Shown one piece after another: positions 53,053 through 63,242 of a DNA stretch of 64,000 nt (its first letter is position 1; each line of letters starts with the position of its first letter). Origin of the DNA: an uncultured delta proteobacterium (GTDB lineage: Bacteria > Desulfobacterota > WTBG01); contig CAWCBP010000002.1 of assembly GCA_963793865.1 (NCBI GenBank), positions 32,001 through 96,000 on the forward strand, read 5' to 3'. The notes beneath the pieces are model-generated. The model was not told the DNA's origin. It made no database searches and saw nothing but the letters and a program-made list of their open reading frames with translations. Position numbers and translations under genes: made by a program.

Positions 53053-53399
53053 GTTTAAACCCTCCGTCAAGTATTATTATTAAAATACACTAAACTGCTC
53101 AATCACTACCACTCTGATAAAACCTGGTCATACAAAAAGGCATAGTCAGAATTTATACACTTTAAGGTTCCTTCATTGTAATCTCCCTTGGCTTAATAGA
53201 TTGTCTGATACTCATTACCGTGGTGGTTCATCTCTTTTCAGTCAGGGTAAAGTTCATGTAACGTCTGCTTTTCATGGTTTCCTTCTGGATTCTTTCACAC
53301 TGCGCACCTCCTGCTTTACAGAGGTATAGTATTTGTGTCTCATGTAACCGCAGCCGGGGGCGGAAGGAAACACCGGTGCATGATACGCCGCCGCTTTCA

Positions 53400-53579
53400 C
53401 TACTTCCCCACAACCTTCTTGACCTGGCCGATCTTCTCCTGTACTGTGCCGGCCATCTTTTCAGCGATACCTTCAGCTTCCAACTTGGGATTATCGCTTA
53501 GTTCCCCGGCGACCTCCTTGACCCTGCCCTTTGCTTTGTGAAACATGCCTTCCGTCTGGTCCTGCCTGCTGGATTTCAT
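53400..53579 (-). CDS. csbD: CsbD family protein (59 aa; not in the ORF track)
   Basis: Own translation MKSSRQDQTEGMFHKAKGRVKEVAGELSDNPKLEAEGIAEKMAGTVQEKIGQVKKVVGK. Confidence 0.9.
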   Translation of the reverse strand: MKSSRQDQTEGMFHKAKGRVKEVAGELSDNPKLEAEGIAEKMAGTVQEKIGQVKKVVGK

Positions 53580-53635
53580 GGTGTTCTCCCTTCATCTGGT
53601 TTGCGAAACTTTTTATACTTTACGGTATTGCAGAC

Positions 53636-53767
53636 TTAGGTGCTTATCTTTCCGGACCTGTTGACTGCATCCCTTTCAAATACCTCACACGGTCGTCTGT
53701 GAGCCCAGGTGGGCAGCGAACCAAACAGCATCAAAATCACAATGACAACTAAGACCGTTCCGAGCAT
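53636..53767 (-). pseudogene. DUF3309-like small membrane protein with divergent or replaced C-terminus
   Basis: MLGTVLVVIVILMLFGSLPTWAHRR, then unrelated tail. Confidence 0.55.
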
Positions 53768-53794
53768 ATCGTTTCCCCTTTCACCCTGCGTTAT

Positions 53795-53950
53795 CTACTT
53801 GCCGATCAAGATCACGACACCCGCAACGATTGCAAGTATCGGCACCAGTATGCTGAGTTGGCCGAGGCTCATACCGAATAACCCAATCAGCCCCACTACG
53901 ATCAGGTAAATGGCAAGCAAAAGCATTCCGAGATTCTTGACGATATTCAT
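53795..53950 (-). CDS. Small two-TM membrane protein
   Basis: MNIVKNLGMLLLAIYLIVVGLIGLF..LAIVAGVVILIGK; AGGAG RBS. Confidence 0.7.
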   Translation of the reverse strand: MNIVKNLGMLLLAIYLIVVGLIGLFGMSLGQLSILVPILAIVAGVVILIGK

Positions 53951-54034
53951 TGCTCTTCTCCTTCCATTGGTATCTGTCTCGCCGGCATTGAATCGCTTTT
54001 GAGACCCTATCCCTTCCAAGAAAGTAAACTCCTG

Positions 54035-54499
54035 TCAATTGTTTATCTTTTTACTGCCAAAGAAGAACGCCTTTGCCTCATCCTGCTTATCATACCCACC
54101 TATGCCCAGCTCATAATAGCTGATGTTCATCTGGCCGATAATAATGAAATCGATAAAATTAAATCCTATGACATCAAAGGTATACTTCTCTACCAATTCC
54201 TCAGAAATAACTTCATAGCTTGCAGTAAAATATATGCCGATTTCCTGAAACTCACCACTGCCTCCCACACCCAGGACACCGCCATCAAAGCTGTCGACTA
54301 TGAATTCATCATCCTCAAATCTAAACGCATCATTTTTAATATCCCCTTGGCTGCAATAGTCTCCGGCATCATTGGTACAGAACGCCACTATCTCATAGCT
54401 ATTTCCATTAAGAGATAAAGGCGTTACAGCATATGATGCTGAATATACTGTCAACACCAGACCAGCAACCATGACTGCTATCTTCATTAATTTTTTCAT
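54035..54499 (-). CDS. Exported acidic hypothetical protein
   Basis: MKKLMK signal peptide ending in ASYA. Confidence 0.65.
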   Translation of the reverse strand: MKKLMKIAVMVAGLVLTVYSASYAVTPLSLNGNSYEIVAFCTNDAGDYCSQGDIKNDAFRFEDDEFIVDSFDGGVLGVGGSGEFQEIGIYFTASYEVISEELVEKYTFDVIGFNFIDFIIIGQMNISYYELGIGGYDKQDEAKAFFFGSKKINN

Positions 54500-54610
54500 A
54501 CATGCTTCCCTTTCTTGTCTTGTCATTTTTATTGCGTGGGTCCCCACCATCCTGTTTTTCGTTTGGTAATCACCGCATCCAGCTTCGCGGTTGAAACATT
54601 GTGCCTCTCA

Positions 54611-54832
54611 TCACCCACTTCTCTTTCCCACAACCAGCAACACGATGCCGCCCACGAGCGCAACTGCTCCGAGGATCGGCGGCAGGGGAAACGTTTTCGT
54701 TTTCTCAGCAGTCATCTGGAGAGGACCGAGATCGACGACCTTCTCTCTGGTTGTATACGTGATTCCCTGGTAAGCGAACACCAGGACGCCTACTGCGATC
54801 AGTATGACCGCAAGTATGGTTTTTGGATTCAT
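54611..54832 (-). CDS. DUF3185-like small membrane protein
   Basis: YQGITYTTREKVVDLGPLQ..PLPPILG. Confidence 0.8.
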   Translation of the reverse strand: MNPKTILAVILIAVGVLVFAYQGITYTTREKVVDLGPLQMTAEKTKTFPLPPILGAVALVGGIVLLVVGKRSG

Positions 54833-54870
54833 CTCCTACCTCCACTTTCCTTTTCCCGGTCCAATGCGTC

Positions 54871-55032
<162 letters not shown>

Positions 55033-55162
55033 TCAGTTTGCTCATGGATTCACTGCAGGAGTGACAAAATACTCCTCATCCGAAAGCACCGGCTCTGAAA
55101 CCCCTTCAATAAGAGGATTACCAGTAACTGCCGGCATTCTTCTCCCGATAATCTGAGCTACA

Positions 55163-55384
55163 TTAAGCATCCTGAATTAGCTGATGTACAGGAATAATCG
55201 TGCCGTCCTCAACAAGAACGGGCAGAAGCCCTTTCCCATAAAAACTTATCAGTTCATAAAATCCGGCTTCATTCCTGCTTATATCCACCTCCTGGTAGTC
55301 AAAGCCTTTTTCATCAAAATGCTGTTTTATTAAATTGCAGTACGGATCTGATGACGTCGTATACATTTTTCTTTCCCTGCACAT
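55163..55384 (-). CDS. Glutaredoxin/NrdH-like protein with DPYC site
   Basis: YTTSSDPYC..K...GFDYQEVDIS...LPVLVEDG. Confidence 0.7.
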   Translation of the reverse strand: MCRERKMYTTSSDPYCNLIKQHFDEKGFDYQEVDISRNEAGFYELISFYGKGLLPVLVEDGTIIPVHQLIQDA

Positions 55385-55596
55385 ACAACACCCCCATAAA
55401 AAGCCTCAGCCAGCAAAAGAACTTAAGGCAACATTTAGAATCGGGTAAGATACTTTTCTCTTAGAGCTCCCGGTTTTGAATTGCGCTGACATATTTTATA
55501 TTCATATAATAATTGATTCTTTTAGATGCGTACATGGGGTCAATACTGTATATTTTAAAAAAAACCACTCTATTTACATGGGGTTCTAGGGAGGGC

Positions 55597-56013
55597 TTAT
55601 CCATTTCCGGCAGATGAGTGCTCCCCTGATATCCTCTCGTTTGATGCTGACAGTTCAAGCAACTTTCCTAATATTGCCTGCACCTCGGATATATCCCCAT
55701 TCACATAGGTTAAAAAACGGGGCTGCAGCTTATATCCCATCTTTACGCTCTCATCCTCCCGGTCAGGCAAAATGATGATGATTCTAATCAAACCAAACAG
55801 TTTCTGAATAGCAAGGATGTTCAGAAGATCTTTCCGGTCCCCGGCTATAAGAACCATGATAGCCAACCCGTCAATGGGTCTGGTGAGTCTTTGAGACAGG
55901 GTTCTGATGGTGTGATAAATCTCTGTTTTGTTTTCTACCGCTGATGCCTTGAGCAGTCCGATGATCTGTCCCGCAATGATGCCGCTTCTTTTTTCGTAGA
56001 ATATACATTTCAT
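55597..56013 (-). CDS. Hypothetical protein (degenerate receiver-like)
   Basis: RIIIILPDRE...GYKLQPRFLTY; GAGG RBS. Confidence 0.6.
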   Translation of the reverse strand: MKCIFYEKRSGIIAGQIIGLLKASAVENKTEIYHTIRTLSQRLTRPIDGLAIMVLIAGDRKDLLNILAIQKLFGLIRIIIILPDREDESVKMGYKLQPRFLTYVNGDISEVQAILGKLLELSASNERISGEHSSAGNG

Positions 56014-56037
56014 ACATCACCTCACTCTACTATCATT

Positions 56038-56052
56038 ACAAGAATCGAGCCA
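56038..56052 (-). promoter_or_regulatory. sigma54 -24/-12 promoter; candidate enhancer sites at ~56138-56194
   Basis: TGGCTCGATTCTTGT (GG-N10-GT); repeated GTCCC...GGGA motifs about 100 bp upstream. Confidence 0.6.
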
Positions 56053-56252
56053 TCATGGTCTTGAATGCATAGTCACTGTTATTTCAACCGGTTAGCGGGA
56101 TCTGACGAAAAGGAAGGAACTTTAAACCATCGAAACCTGTCCCCTGTGACGGGATTGAGTCCCATCAAATGGGATTTGTCCCGTTCAACAGGACACGTAT
56201 TAAAGGGGGCGATACTAATGGGGAGAATCTGATTATTAAAGGGAACTTGACC

Positions 56253-57080
56253 TCAGGTCTTAAGGAATGCCAGCAGGTCGGCGTTGAGCTGGTCTTTGTG
56301 CGTGTCCGCGAGGCCGTGGGGTGCGCCCGCGTAGATCTTCAGGGTCGCGTTCTTGACCAGCTTCGATGAGCGGAGAGCCGCGGCGCCGATCGGCACGATC
56401 TGGTCGTCGTCGCCGTGAACGATCAGCGTCGGCACGTCGAACTTCTTGAGGTCTTCGGTGAAATCCGTCTCGGAGAACGCCTTGATGCAGTCGAAGGTGT
56501 TCTTGTGACCGGCCTGCATCCCCTGGAGCCAGAACGAGTCGATCATGCCCTGCGAGACCTTGGCGCCGGGCCTGTTGGCCCCGAAGAACGGGCCGCTGGC
56601 GAGATCCTTGTAGAGCTGCGAGCGGTCGGCGATGGAGCCGAGGCGGATCTCGTCGAACACCTCAATCGGCAAGCCGCCGGGATTGGCCGCCGTTTTCAGC
56701 ATCAGCGGCGGGACGGCGGAGATCAGCGCGGCCTTGGCCACCCGTTTCGTGCCGTGGCGGCCGATATAGCGGGCAACTTCGCCGCCGCCCGCGGAGAAGC
56801 CGATCAGGACGGCGCCCTTCAGGTCGAGCGTTTCGATGAGCTCCGAGAGGTCGTCGGCATAGGTGTCCATCTCGTTGCCACTCCAGGGCTGGCTCGACCG
56901 GCCATGGCCGCGACGGTCATGGGCAATGCAGCGATAGCCGTTGGAGGCCAGGAACATCATCTGAGCCTCCCAGCTATCCGCACTGAGGGGCCAGCCGTGG
57001 CTGAACACCACAGGCTGTCCTGTGCCCCAGTCCTTGTAATAGATCTGCGTACCGTCTTTCGTCGTAATCTAATTATTCAT
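56253..57080 (-). pseudogene. cpo: Non-heme haloperoxidase (alpha/beta hydrolase) with in-frame TAG at codon 4
   Basis: [56 protein letters not shown]-rich. Confidence 0.85.
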
Positions 57081-57085
57081 TTTCT

Positions 57086-57115
57086 TGTCATTCCCCGACT
57101 TGATCGGGGAATCCA
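57086..57115. repeat. REP-like palindrome immediately upstream of cpo
   Basis: TGTCATTCCCCGACTTGATCGGGGAATCCA. Confidence 0.65.
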
Positions 57116-57798
57116 CAGATGATTTAAGGGAGGGGATCCTTTAATACACCCGATTTAACCCCGGAGGTAAAAGAATGAAATATGTTCATTCCATATTCAA
57201 AATACTTGAATGCAACAATAAAAACAATGGGATAATAGTAGTATTTTTACTCTTTACATGCAGTATTTTTATGCTTTTAATGAAGATATCCCCATTTTTT
57301 GTCCAAACAATGGGGAGACCCTTAGACACAACATCCTGTTTTGCAGGTAAATCTGTCTGACCCCGCTTTTTGTACCACTTTTTAATAAGGGATCCAGGGT
57401 TTTCTCCCTTCGAAGTTATTACATCCCATGTATGACCTTCTCATTACCCTCTTGTCTCCATCCATTCTTCTGCTATAATAGTACTTGAATGTGACGTCAA
57501 AGGAGGTATTGTAAGATGAAAGGAGTTCTGGCTGGAAAGCTCATAGTAAAACAGCAGCTGAATATTTTGGAGGAATTTATGTATGAAGAAAAAAAACGAT
57601 AATTATCCCAAGGCGTGGGAGTTAGGAGATTTGACAGAAAATGATAGAGAAAAAGCTATAGACGCAGGGTGTGAGCCGGGCAAAAAATGCTTGATGAGCA
57701 CGCCGGCGATCATTGGGAGATACTTAGAACGCTGCAAGAGAAGCACATTCACTAATATGTCTCTCACAACCCCGCATGCTGCAATAGGAGGTTCGACC

Positions 57799-58419
57799 AT
57801 GCGCCAGATATGGGCTGCGGCCTGGCTTGTAACTTTCCTTCTGGTGGGCCAGGCGACAGCGGCTGACCAGGCCCAGAAGGCGGAAACCGCCAAGAGCAAG
57901 GCGGAGGTGCTGGAGGAGAAGGCCGCGCCGGAGGGCAGTAAGGTGCTACCGACTCCGGCCCAGATGATCACTAAGCCCCAGGCACAGGCGGTCGATCCGA
58001 CCGGAGAAGAGCTTTTGGACGATGCGATCACCTGTCTTGCCCGCAGCATCTACTGGGAGGCCAGGGGCACGGGTGATGCCAGCATGGAAGCCGTCGCCAA
58101 TGTCGTTATGAACCGGGTCGGACATGAGGGCTTCCCAAACACCATCTGTGGAGTTGTCAAGCAAGGCCAGGAGCAGGGTGCTTGCCAGTTCTCGTGGTGG
58201 TGCGATGGCCGTGTGGATGACGCAGAGGAGGACGAGTCCTACTCGCATGCCAAGGAAATCTCCCGCAAGGCCCTCAACCGCCAACTCAAAGACCGAACCG
58301 GTGGTGCCTTGTATTTCCATAATCGGAAAGTAGCCCCCAGTTGGTCCAAGGAATATATCAGGACGGTCGAGGTCGGCGAGCATGTCTTCTACAAACCGGC
58401 TGGTGGCGAGGCCAAATAG
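57799..58419 (+). CDS. Cell wall hydrolase, SleB/Hydrolase_2 family
   Basis: AGGAGG RBS; CLARSIYWEARG, VVMNRV..FPNTICGVV, CQFSW, GEHVFY. Confidence 0.92.
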   Translation: MRQIWAAAWLVTFLLVGQATAADQAQKAETAKSKAEVLEEKAAPEGSKVLPTPAQMITKPQAQAVDPTGEELLDDAITCLARSIYWEARGTGDASMEAVANVVMNRVGHEGFPNTICGVVKQGQEQGACQFSWWCDGRVDDAEEDESYSHAKEISRKALNRQLKDRTGGALYFHNRKVAPSWSKEYIRTVEVGEHVFYKPAGGEAK

Positions 58420-58524
58420 GCTCTGCCGGTTGACATTGGTGAGACTTCGAAACGTTTCGTCTTAATTGGACGGACAGCCAGGAACAGACTAATTTATTTA
58501 GCTCTTTCGTGGGCCTGCTGTGTA

Positions 58525-59175
58525 TCATCGATAATCACACCACTCCCCCGGCGCACACAAAGGACAAGGTTTATTGTATGCATTTCTACCTGAATCTGCT
58601 TTGAACAGACTGTTATCCCACCCATCCACATCTCCATCGCAATCAAAGTCTCCATTGCATGGATCATCATTAGTACAGGGATGATTGAATCGATTTCTCC
58701 CCACTTCAGTCCGGAAGAGGGCAACATCCCCTCCATCAACATCTCCGTCACAGGCGAAATCAGCTTCACAGTCACAAGCATCACCAATATCATTGCCGAC
58801 CGGGGGACAGGTGTCTTTCTGATCGGGATTATAAACATCCGGACAGTTGTCTTCATAATCCATGTCATCATCCAATGACAGAGATAGCTCACGGGAATAT
58901 GAGCTTTCATTATCAGAAATGTCGTAAGCCGTTATAGCAACAAAATAGGGGACATGCTCATACATAAATAATTTAGCAAATGCATAGGAGGTGACGTTTC
59001 CCAAATCAATCACCGAAGTGTAATATCCGGATGAAGTGCCACAGTAAAAGTTATAGCCGCCCAGGTCTTGCTCAGTGTTTGGATTCCAGGTGATGGTCGT
59101 GCCATAACTGTGCGGTACTATAGCAGTAAATGAAAACACCCACAGTAAGATTAACATGCTATACACTCTAGGCAT
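58525..59175 (-). CDS. Secreted FN3-like + TSP3-like + two EF-hand/dockerin-like modules protein
   Basis: WNPNTEQDLGGY...AITAYD..NESSYS; DNCPDVYNPDQKD; 2x DF.CDGDVDG.D...F....GR. Confidence 0.8.
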   Translation of the reverse strand: MPRVYSMLILLWVFSFTAIVPHSYGTTITWNPNTEQDLGGYNFYCGTSSGYYTSVIDLGNVTSYAFAKLFMYEHVPYFVAITAYDISDNESSYSRELSLSLDDDMDYEDNCPDVYNPDQKDTCPPVGNDIGDACDCEADFACDGDVDGGDVALFRTEVGRNRFNHPCTNDDPCNGDFDCDGDVDGWDNSLFKADSGRNAYNKPCPLCAPGEWCDYR

Positions 59176-59342
59176 AATTATTCCCCTTGAAGGTTTGTCG
59201 TTTTGTGTGATTTTTAAAAATCGGAGTGGCCAAATGGAGATGAAAATTGAACAAAGGGCGGTGGCTGAATCACTTCCGGAGACGGCGATCTGTATCCCAG
59301 CAAACTGTTTGGTGCCATCTAATCACCCCTCAACACTTACTG

Positions 59343-59579
59343 CTAGATATTATGGCGATTGTAGAGTTCACACCTGATGGGGCATAGACAAAAATTCCCA
59401 TCACCAAACAATATATGATATTTACAGTACCCACGATGATTGGATTTAATCTGTAGCATTTCATGTCCAATGATTGACAATACATCACACAAACACTCTT
59501 TATCTCCCGATAAGCAACGGAAACCACAATGACACTTGGTGGTCTTCTTTAATACTGCATCATCTATGTTTAGTGCCAT
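59343..59579 (-). CDS. Small Cys-rich hypothetical protein
   Basis: Nine Cys in 78 aa; CLCPIRCELYNRHNI tail. Confidence 0.65.
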   Translation of the reverse strand: MALNIDDAVLKKTTKCHCGFRCLSGDKECLCDVLSIIGHEMLQIKSNHRGYCKYHILFGDGNFCLCPIRCELYNRHNI

Positions 59580-59625
59580 CTAACCACCCCTAATATCAAC
59601 GCCAACGCATCTTATAACGCGTTCT

Positions 59626-59808
59626 CTAATTAATTTCTCTCAAGAGTTGCGTGGTATCCTCTTCTAATACAAGCCATCTACCCATTACTTTCTTTCCTTT
59701 GAGCTTCCCCTGTTTGAGGTAATTCCTGATAGTAACGGTGGTAACATTCAGCTTCTGAGCTAACTCTGAAACAGAATAAAGATTTGTTCCTATTATTTGA
59801 ATTGGCAT
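59626..59808 (-). CDS. Excisionase/MerR-like HTH protein
   Basis: LYSVSELAQKLNVTTVTIRNYLKQGKLKGKKVMGRW. Confidence 0.85.
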   Translation of the reverse strand: MPIQIIGTNLYSVSELAQKLNVTTVTIRNYLKQGKLKGKKVMGRWLVLEEDTTQLLREIN

Positions 59809-59861
59809 GGTCTCCTACACCTCCTTCTTATAAAAAGTGGTGCTAACCTTTCTGGCAAACA

Positions 59862-61460
59862 TTAACACTCAATAAAGGTTCTTAATTTTTTATGACGGTA
59901 GTGGTACCGCAATTTCTGGAGTGCCTTGGATTCAATCTGTCTAATTCGCTCTCTGGTAACTGAGAAATCCTGCCCTATCTCCTCCAGTGTTTTCTCTGTT
60001 GTTCCTCCTATGCCAAATCGCATCATGAGAAGCTTTTCTTCGAAAGCTGTTAAGGTAGCTAATGCTTCTTTCGTGTGTTCCTGCAGACAGTGGTTAACAT
60101 AGGCTTCTTCTGGAGATACAATCTTTTTATCTTCCACAAAGTCACCTAAGGGGTTTTGTGTCTCTTCTCTTGTAGAAGTTTCTAAAGAGAGGGTTTTCTC
60201 AGCAGATGTGAGCATCGTTCTCACCTCTCCCAGGGAATATCCTCCTCTCTGCGCAAGCTCCTCAAGTGTAGCTTCTCTCCCTATCTCTTTAAGCAATAGA
60301 CGGGAAAGTGTCATCAGCCTGTTGATGGCTGTAATCATATGAACTGGAATCCTGATAGTTCGCGCCTTATCGGCGATAGCCCTGGTAATAGCCTGTTTGA
60401 TCCACCAGGTTGCATAGGTAGTAAATTTGTAGCCTTCCTTATAGAAAACGTATTTCTCAACAGCCTTCATAAGACCGATATTCCCCTCCTGAATAAGATC
60501 TGCTAATGGTAAGCCATAATTGGTATATTTTTTCGCCAGATGCACTACCGTTCTTAAATGGGCTTTCATCAAATCTTGCTTGGCTTGCTTGATTTCATTC
60601 TCTGCCGCTTCAATGGCTTGAATCGCCTTCTTTAAACCCGGGGCATCACCTGATCCCACCTGAATCTGCTTATTGTTTGAGGATGGTATAAAGTCTTTCT
60701 CGTGGTTCACTCCCGTTTCATGCAACTGCTTTACTTTGAGAGCAATCCTTTCAATCCGGAATGTGCCGAGATTAATTTTTTTGATGAGATTACCTGTCCT
60801 CTCGAAATCCTGATCAAGTTCTTTCTTCACCCTTTCTTTCTTAGCTCCACCGGGGATTCTCTCAATTAAGTTCTTTTGTAAGGTGATCCTCTTTTCCTCA
60901 TTCCTGCTTATCACCTCTGTTAAAGAGAGGATTTTCTTTTTATAAAGCGCCTCTTCACTCTCTCCTGCTCCACCATCTATGCCCCCAATGACTTCTCCCC
61001 GAGCAATCTTGTCGTTTGTGGGTTTTTCCCCGATGCAGATGATTTCCCTGCCGGTAAACGGTATGCATGCAATAACCCCGGCAATCTGTTTCTCAGCTGA
61101 TGAAATGCGTTGTCCAATGGCTGCCTCTTCATCACCGGAGAGCGCGGGTATGGCATTAATCTCACTCAAATAGATACCGAGCGCATCCTTAAACCTTTTC
61201 GGTGATCCCTGTTCTTCATTTCCATCATTTCCTTTTTTGAAGGTGGTCCTGCGTTCACACCGGTTTGTTTTTGCATTTAAATGTGCTGTAATAACTTCTT
61301 CATCTGTTTTTCCAGCCAGGATAATTAGTTCATCAAGCTGTTCCGGAGAGATACCATCCGGGAAGGTACTGTCACGAGTGTCTTCAACGAAGAAGAGCTC
61401 CTTACATTCTCCGGTATCAAACAGCTCTTGTACGTGATCAGTGGTATCTTTCTTTGCCAT
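59862..61460 (-). CDS. RpoD-like sigma70 factor, divergent paralog
   Basis: YLSEINAIPAL (1.2), DLIQEGNIGLMKAV, TYATWWIKQAITRAIAD..RTIRIPVHM, TLEEIGQDFSVTRERIRQIE. Confidence 0.9.
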   Translation of the reverse strand: MAKKDTTDHVQELFDTGECKELFFVEDTRDSTFPDGISPEQLDELIILAGKTDEEVITAHLNAKTNRCERRTTFKKGNDGNEEQGSPKRFKDALGIYLSEINAIPALSGDEEAAIGQRISSAEKQIAGVIACIPFTGREIICIGEKPTNDKIARGEVIGGIDGGAGESEEALYKKKILSLTEVISRNEEKRITLQKNLIERIPGGAKKERVKKELDQDFERTGNLIKKINLGTFRIERIALKVKQLHETGVNHEKDFIPSSNNKQIQVGSGDAPGLKKAIQAIEAAENEIKQAKQDLMKAHLRTVVHLAKKYTNYGLPLADLIQEGNIGLMKAVEKYVFYKEGYKFTTYATWWIKQAITRAIADKARTIRIPVHMITAINRLMTLSRLLLKEIGREATLEELAQRGGYSLGEVRTMLTSAEKTLSLETSTREETQNPLGDFVEDKKIVSPEEAYVNHCLQEHTKEALATLTAFEEKLLMMRFGIGGTTEKTLEEIGQDFSVTRERIRQIESKALQKLRYHYRHKKLRTFIEC

Positions 61461-61897
61461 GAGAAACCTTGTTTTGGTTATCGGCCTTCTCTCTTTTCTA
61501 TGCCACGCCTATTAAAAAAACAGATTAATAAGCATCCTGCAGCATTGATATATGCCATACCAACAGAGAAGACAAAGTGGCAGGATACTCAACCTAATGA
61601 GCTTAATTACGCTCTCTTCATTAATAATTTTTTTCTCCTGGTGCCGGTGGATCTCAAATCTTTTAACGCCAGGTTGATAGCTCATGCCTTTATCACTCCT
61701 CTAAATTGATTTTAACCTCTTCCGAAACGATACAGCCGCCATCATTTCTTATGGCAAAATCCGTTATTCCAGGATCAAGGATAAAAAAACCGATTAACAG
61801 GAGTTTTTCTCCTCCCTTAATCGGCTTGCTGATCACTCTCCAGAGTGATTGGCTGGCTTACTGGTTTGCTATTGCTACTTAGATTACCTCTGTGGCA

Positions 61898-62290
61898 TCA
61901 ATAGATTAATGCTACATCTGGTTTTGTTCCAAAATTAAATAAAATTCCAACCTTAAAATTAGTTACCTCTACACAATGTAATATTTGAACTTTGTCATCT
62001 TCTCCTAAATCCCTTTCTGCCGTTATCTTTACGATCACTTTATTGTCAACCAGTATATCAGCATAATGTTCATCTATGATTTTCCCTTGGTAAAATATCC
62101 TTATCCCGGATTGAGAAATTGAATGAATACCCGCTTTTTTTAATTCAATCATCATCGCATCCTTATAAACCTTTTCTTGAAAACCATAACCAAGTATGCT
62201 GTATACTCTGTGAAAGATAGTAATGACTTTCTCTATGAGTGCTTGATGTTTAGACTCTTGATACTTTATATCCACAGAATGATTTTCCAC
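61898..62290 (-). CDS. GxxExxY family protein (degenerate PD-(D/E)xK)
   Basis: LGYGFQEKVY, ADILVDNKVIVKI, GILFNFG. Confidence 0.82.
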   Translation of the reverse strand: MENHSVDIKYQESKHQALIEKVITIFHRVYSILGYGFQEKVYKDAMMIELKKAGIHSISQSGIRIFYQGKIIDEHYADILVDNKVIVKITAERDLGEDDKVQILHCVEVTNFKVGILFNFGTKPDVALIY

Positions 62291-62446
62291 ACCACTATAA
62301 TGAGGTAGTTGCTAATCTGCTCTTTTAAGAAATCCTTAAACAAGGGTATCCACTGCCTTGGTTGATATGCTGGGAGGATCTGGCTACTATCAAGTCAAGT
62401 ATTGTTCGGGACAATTTATATGCATGCACCTATCCGGGTTACGGGC

Positions 62447-62794
62447 TTAGACATTTTGCAGTTTCTCAAATTCAATGCCGATAAGGAAGCTATTTTCTTT
62501 TTGGTCCGTCCATTTAATCTTTCCTCTGACATTTCTAGTGTCCAATTCTCCCGGAAATATATACTTAAGGGAAACCTGATTAGTTGACTTGGGAATTGGC
62601 TTATCAGTAATAACACAACACCCTTTTTTGCTCATATTTACAATAGTACCTTTATAAAAGACATTTCCACATTCCAACATTGTATCAATGTTTACATAAA
62701 AACGTGGATGCAGCCTCCGGCTTTTCCCTCTGTTATCCGGAACGGTTTCTATGTTTTCCAATATCTTTTTATCACCGCTAAAATACTCGCTCAT
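62447..62794 (-). CDS. PilZ domain protein
   Basis: RRLHPR and NMSKKG motifs; GIEF. Confidence 0.85.
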   Translation of the reverse strand: MSEYFSGDKKILENIETVPDNRGKSRRLHPRFYVNIDTMLECGNVFYKGTIVNMSKKGCCVITDKPIPKSTNQVSLKYIFPGELDTRNVRGKIKWTDQKENSFLIGIEFEKLQNV

Positions 62795-62979
62795 TGTCTC
62801 TCATACTCCCTTTCCGTCCCAGAGAACGGTTTTTGAAGTATAAGTTTCTCATTTCTGGTTTTGAATAAAATATAATCAATGATCTGATCATCTTTATCCA
62901 CAAATTTTATCTTAAGTGGAAACCTATCTACTTTGGAAGATAGTATCATTTCTTTTAAGTAGGTGACTTTTTTTAACAC
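62791..62979 (-). CDS. Small hypothetical protein
   Basis: GAGGA RBS, GTG start; stop overlaps the PilZ start. Confidence 0.55.
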   Translation of the reverse strand: MLKKVTYLKEMILSSKVDRFPLKIKFVDKDDQIIDYILFKTRNEKLILQKPFSGTEREYERQ

Positions 62980-63045
62980 TGTCTACAAATCCTCACTGAG
63001 CAATTTTGAAGACACTTGTATGAACCGTTTCTTTTAATGTGATCA

Positions 63046-63060
63046 GCAACCATCATGCCA
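63046..63060 (-). promoter_or_regulatory. sigma54 promoter
   Basis: TGGCATGATGGTTGC (GG-N10-GC); candidate upstream activator sites at ~63168-63240. Confidence 0.8.
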
Positions 63061-63242
63061 TATGGAGGAGTATTGTGGGGCATGTGCCGTAATGTATTAG
63101 AATTTAAATGAATTGATGGAAACTAAATGGGAGGATTACTGGTTAGATACTAAAAAAGAGGAAAACTGTGTGCATGATTTGGACATATGGAGGGGCAATT
63201 AATCCATAATTGTGTCTTATTGTCGTACACTTTCCGATACAA

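Noticed and set aside
57583..57798. N-terminal extension of the SleB-like hydrolase
   Set aside because: Strong RBS and signal peptide at 57799; the upstream part is AT-rich and unrelated
61538..61557. sigma54 promoter upstream of the RpoD paralog
   Set aside because: GG-to-GC spacing is 11 rather than 10 nt
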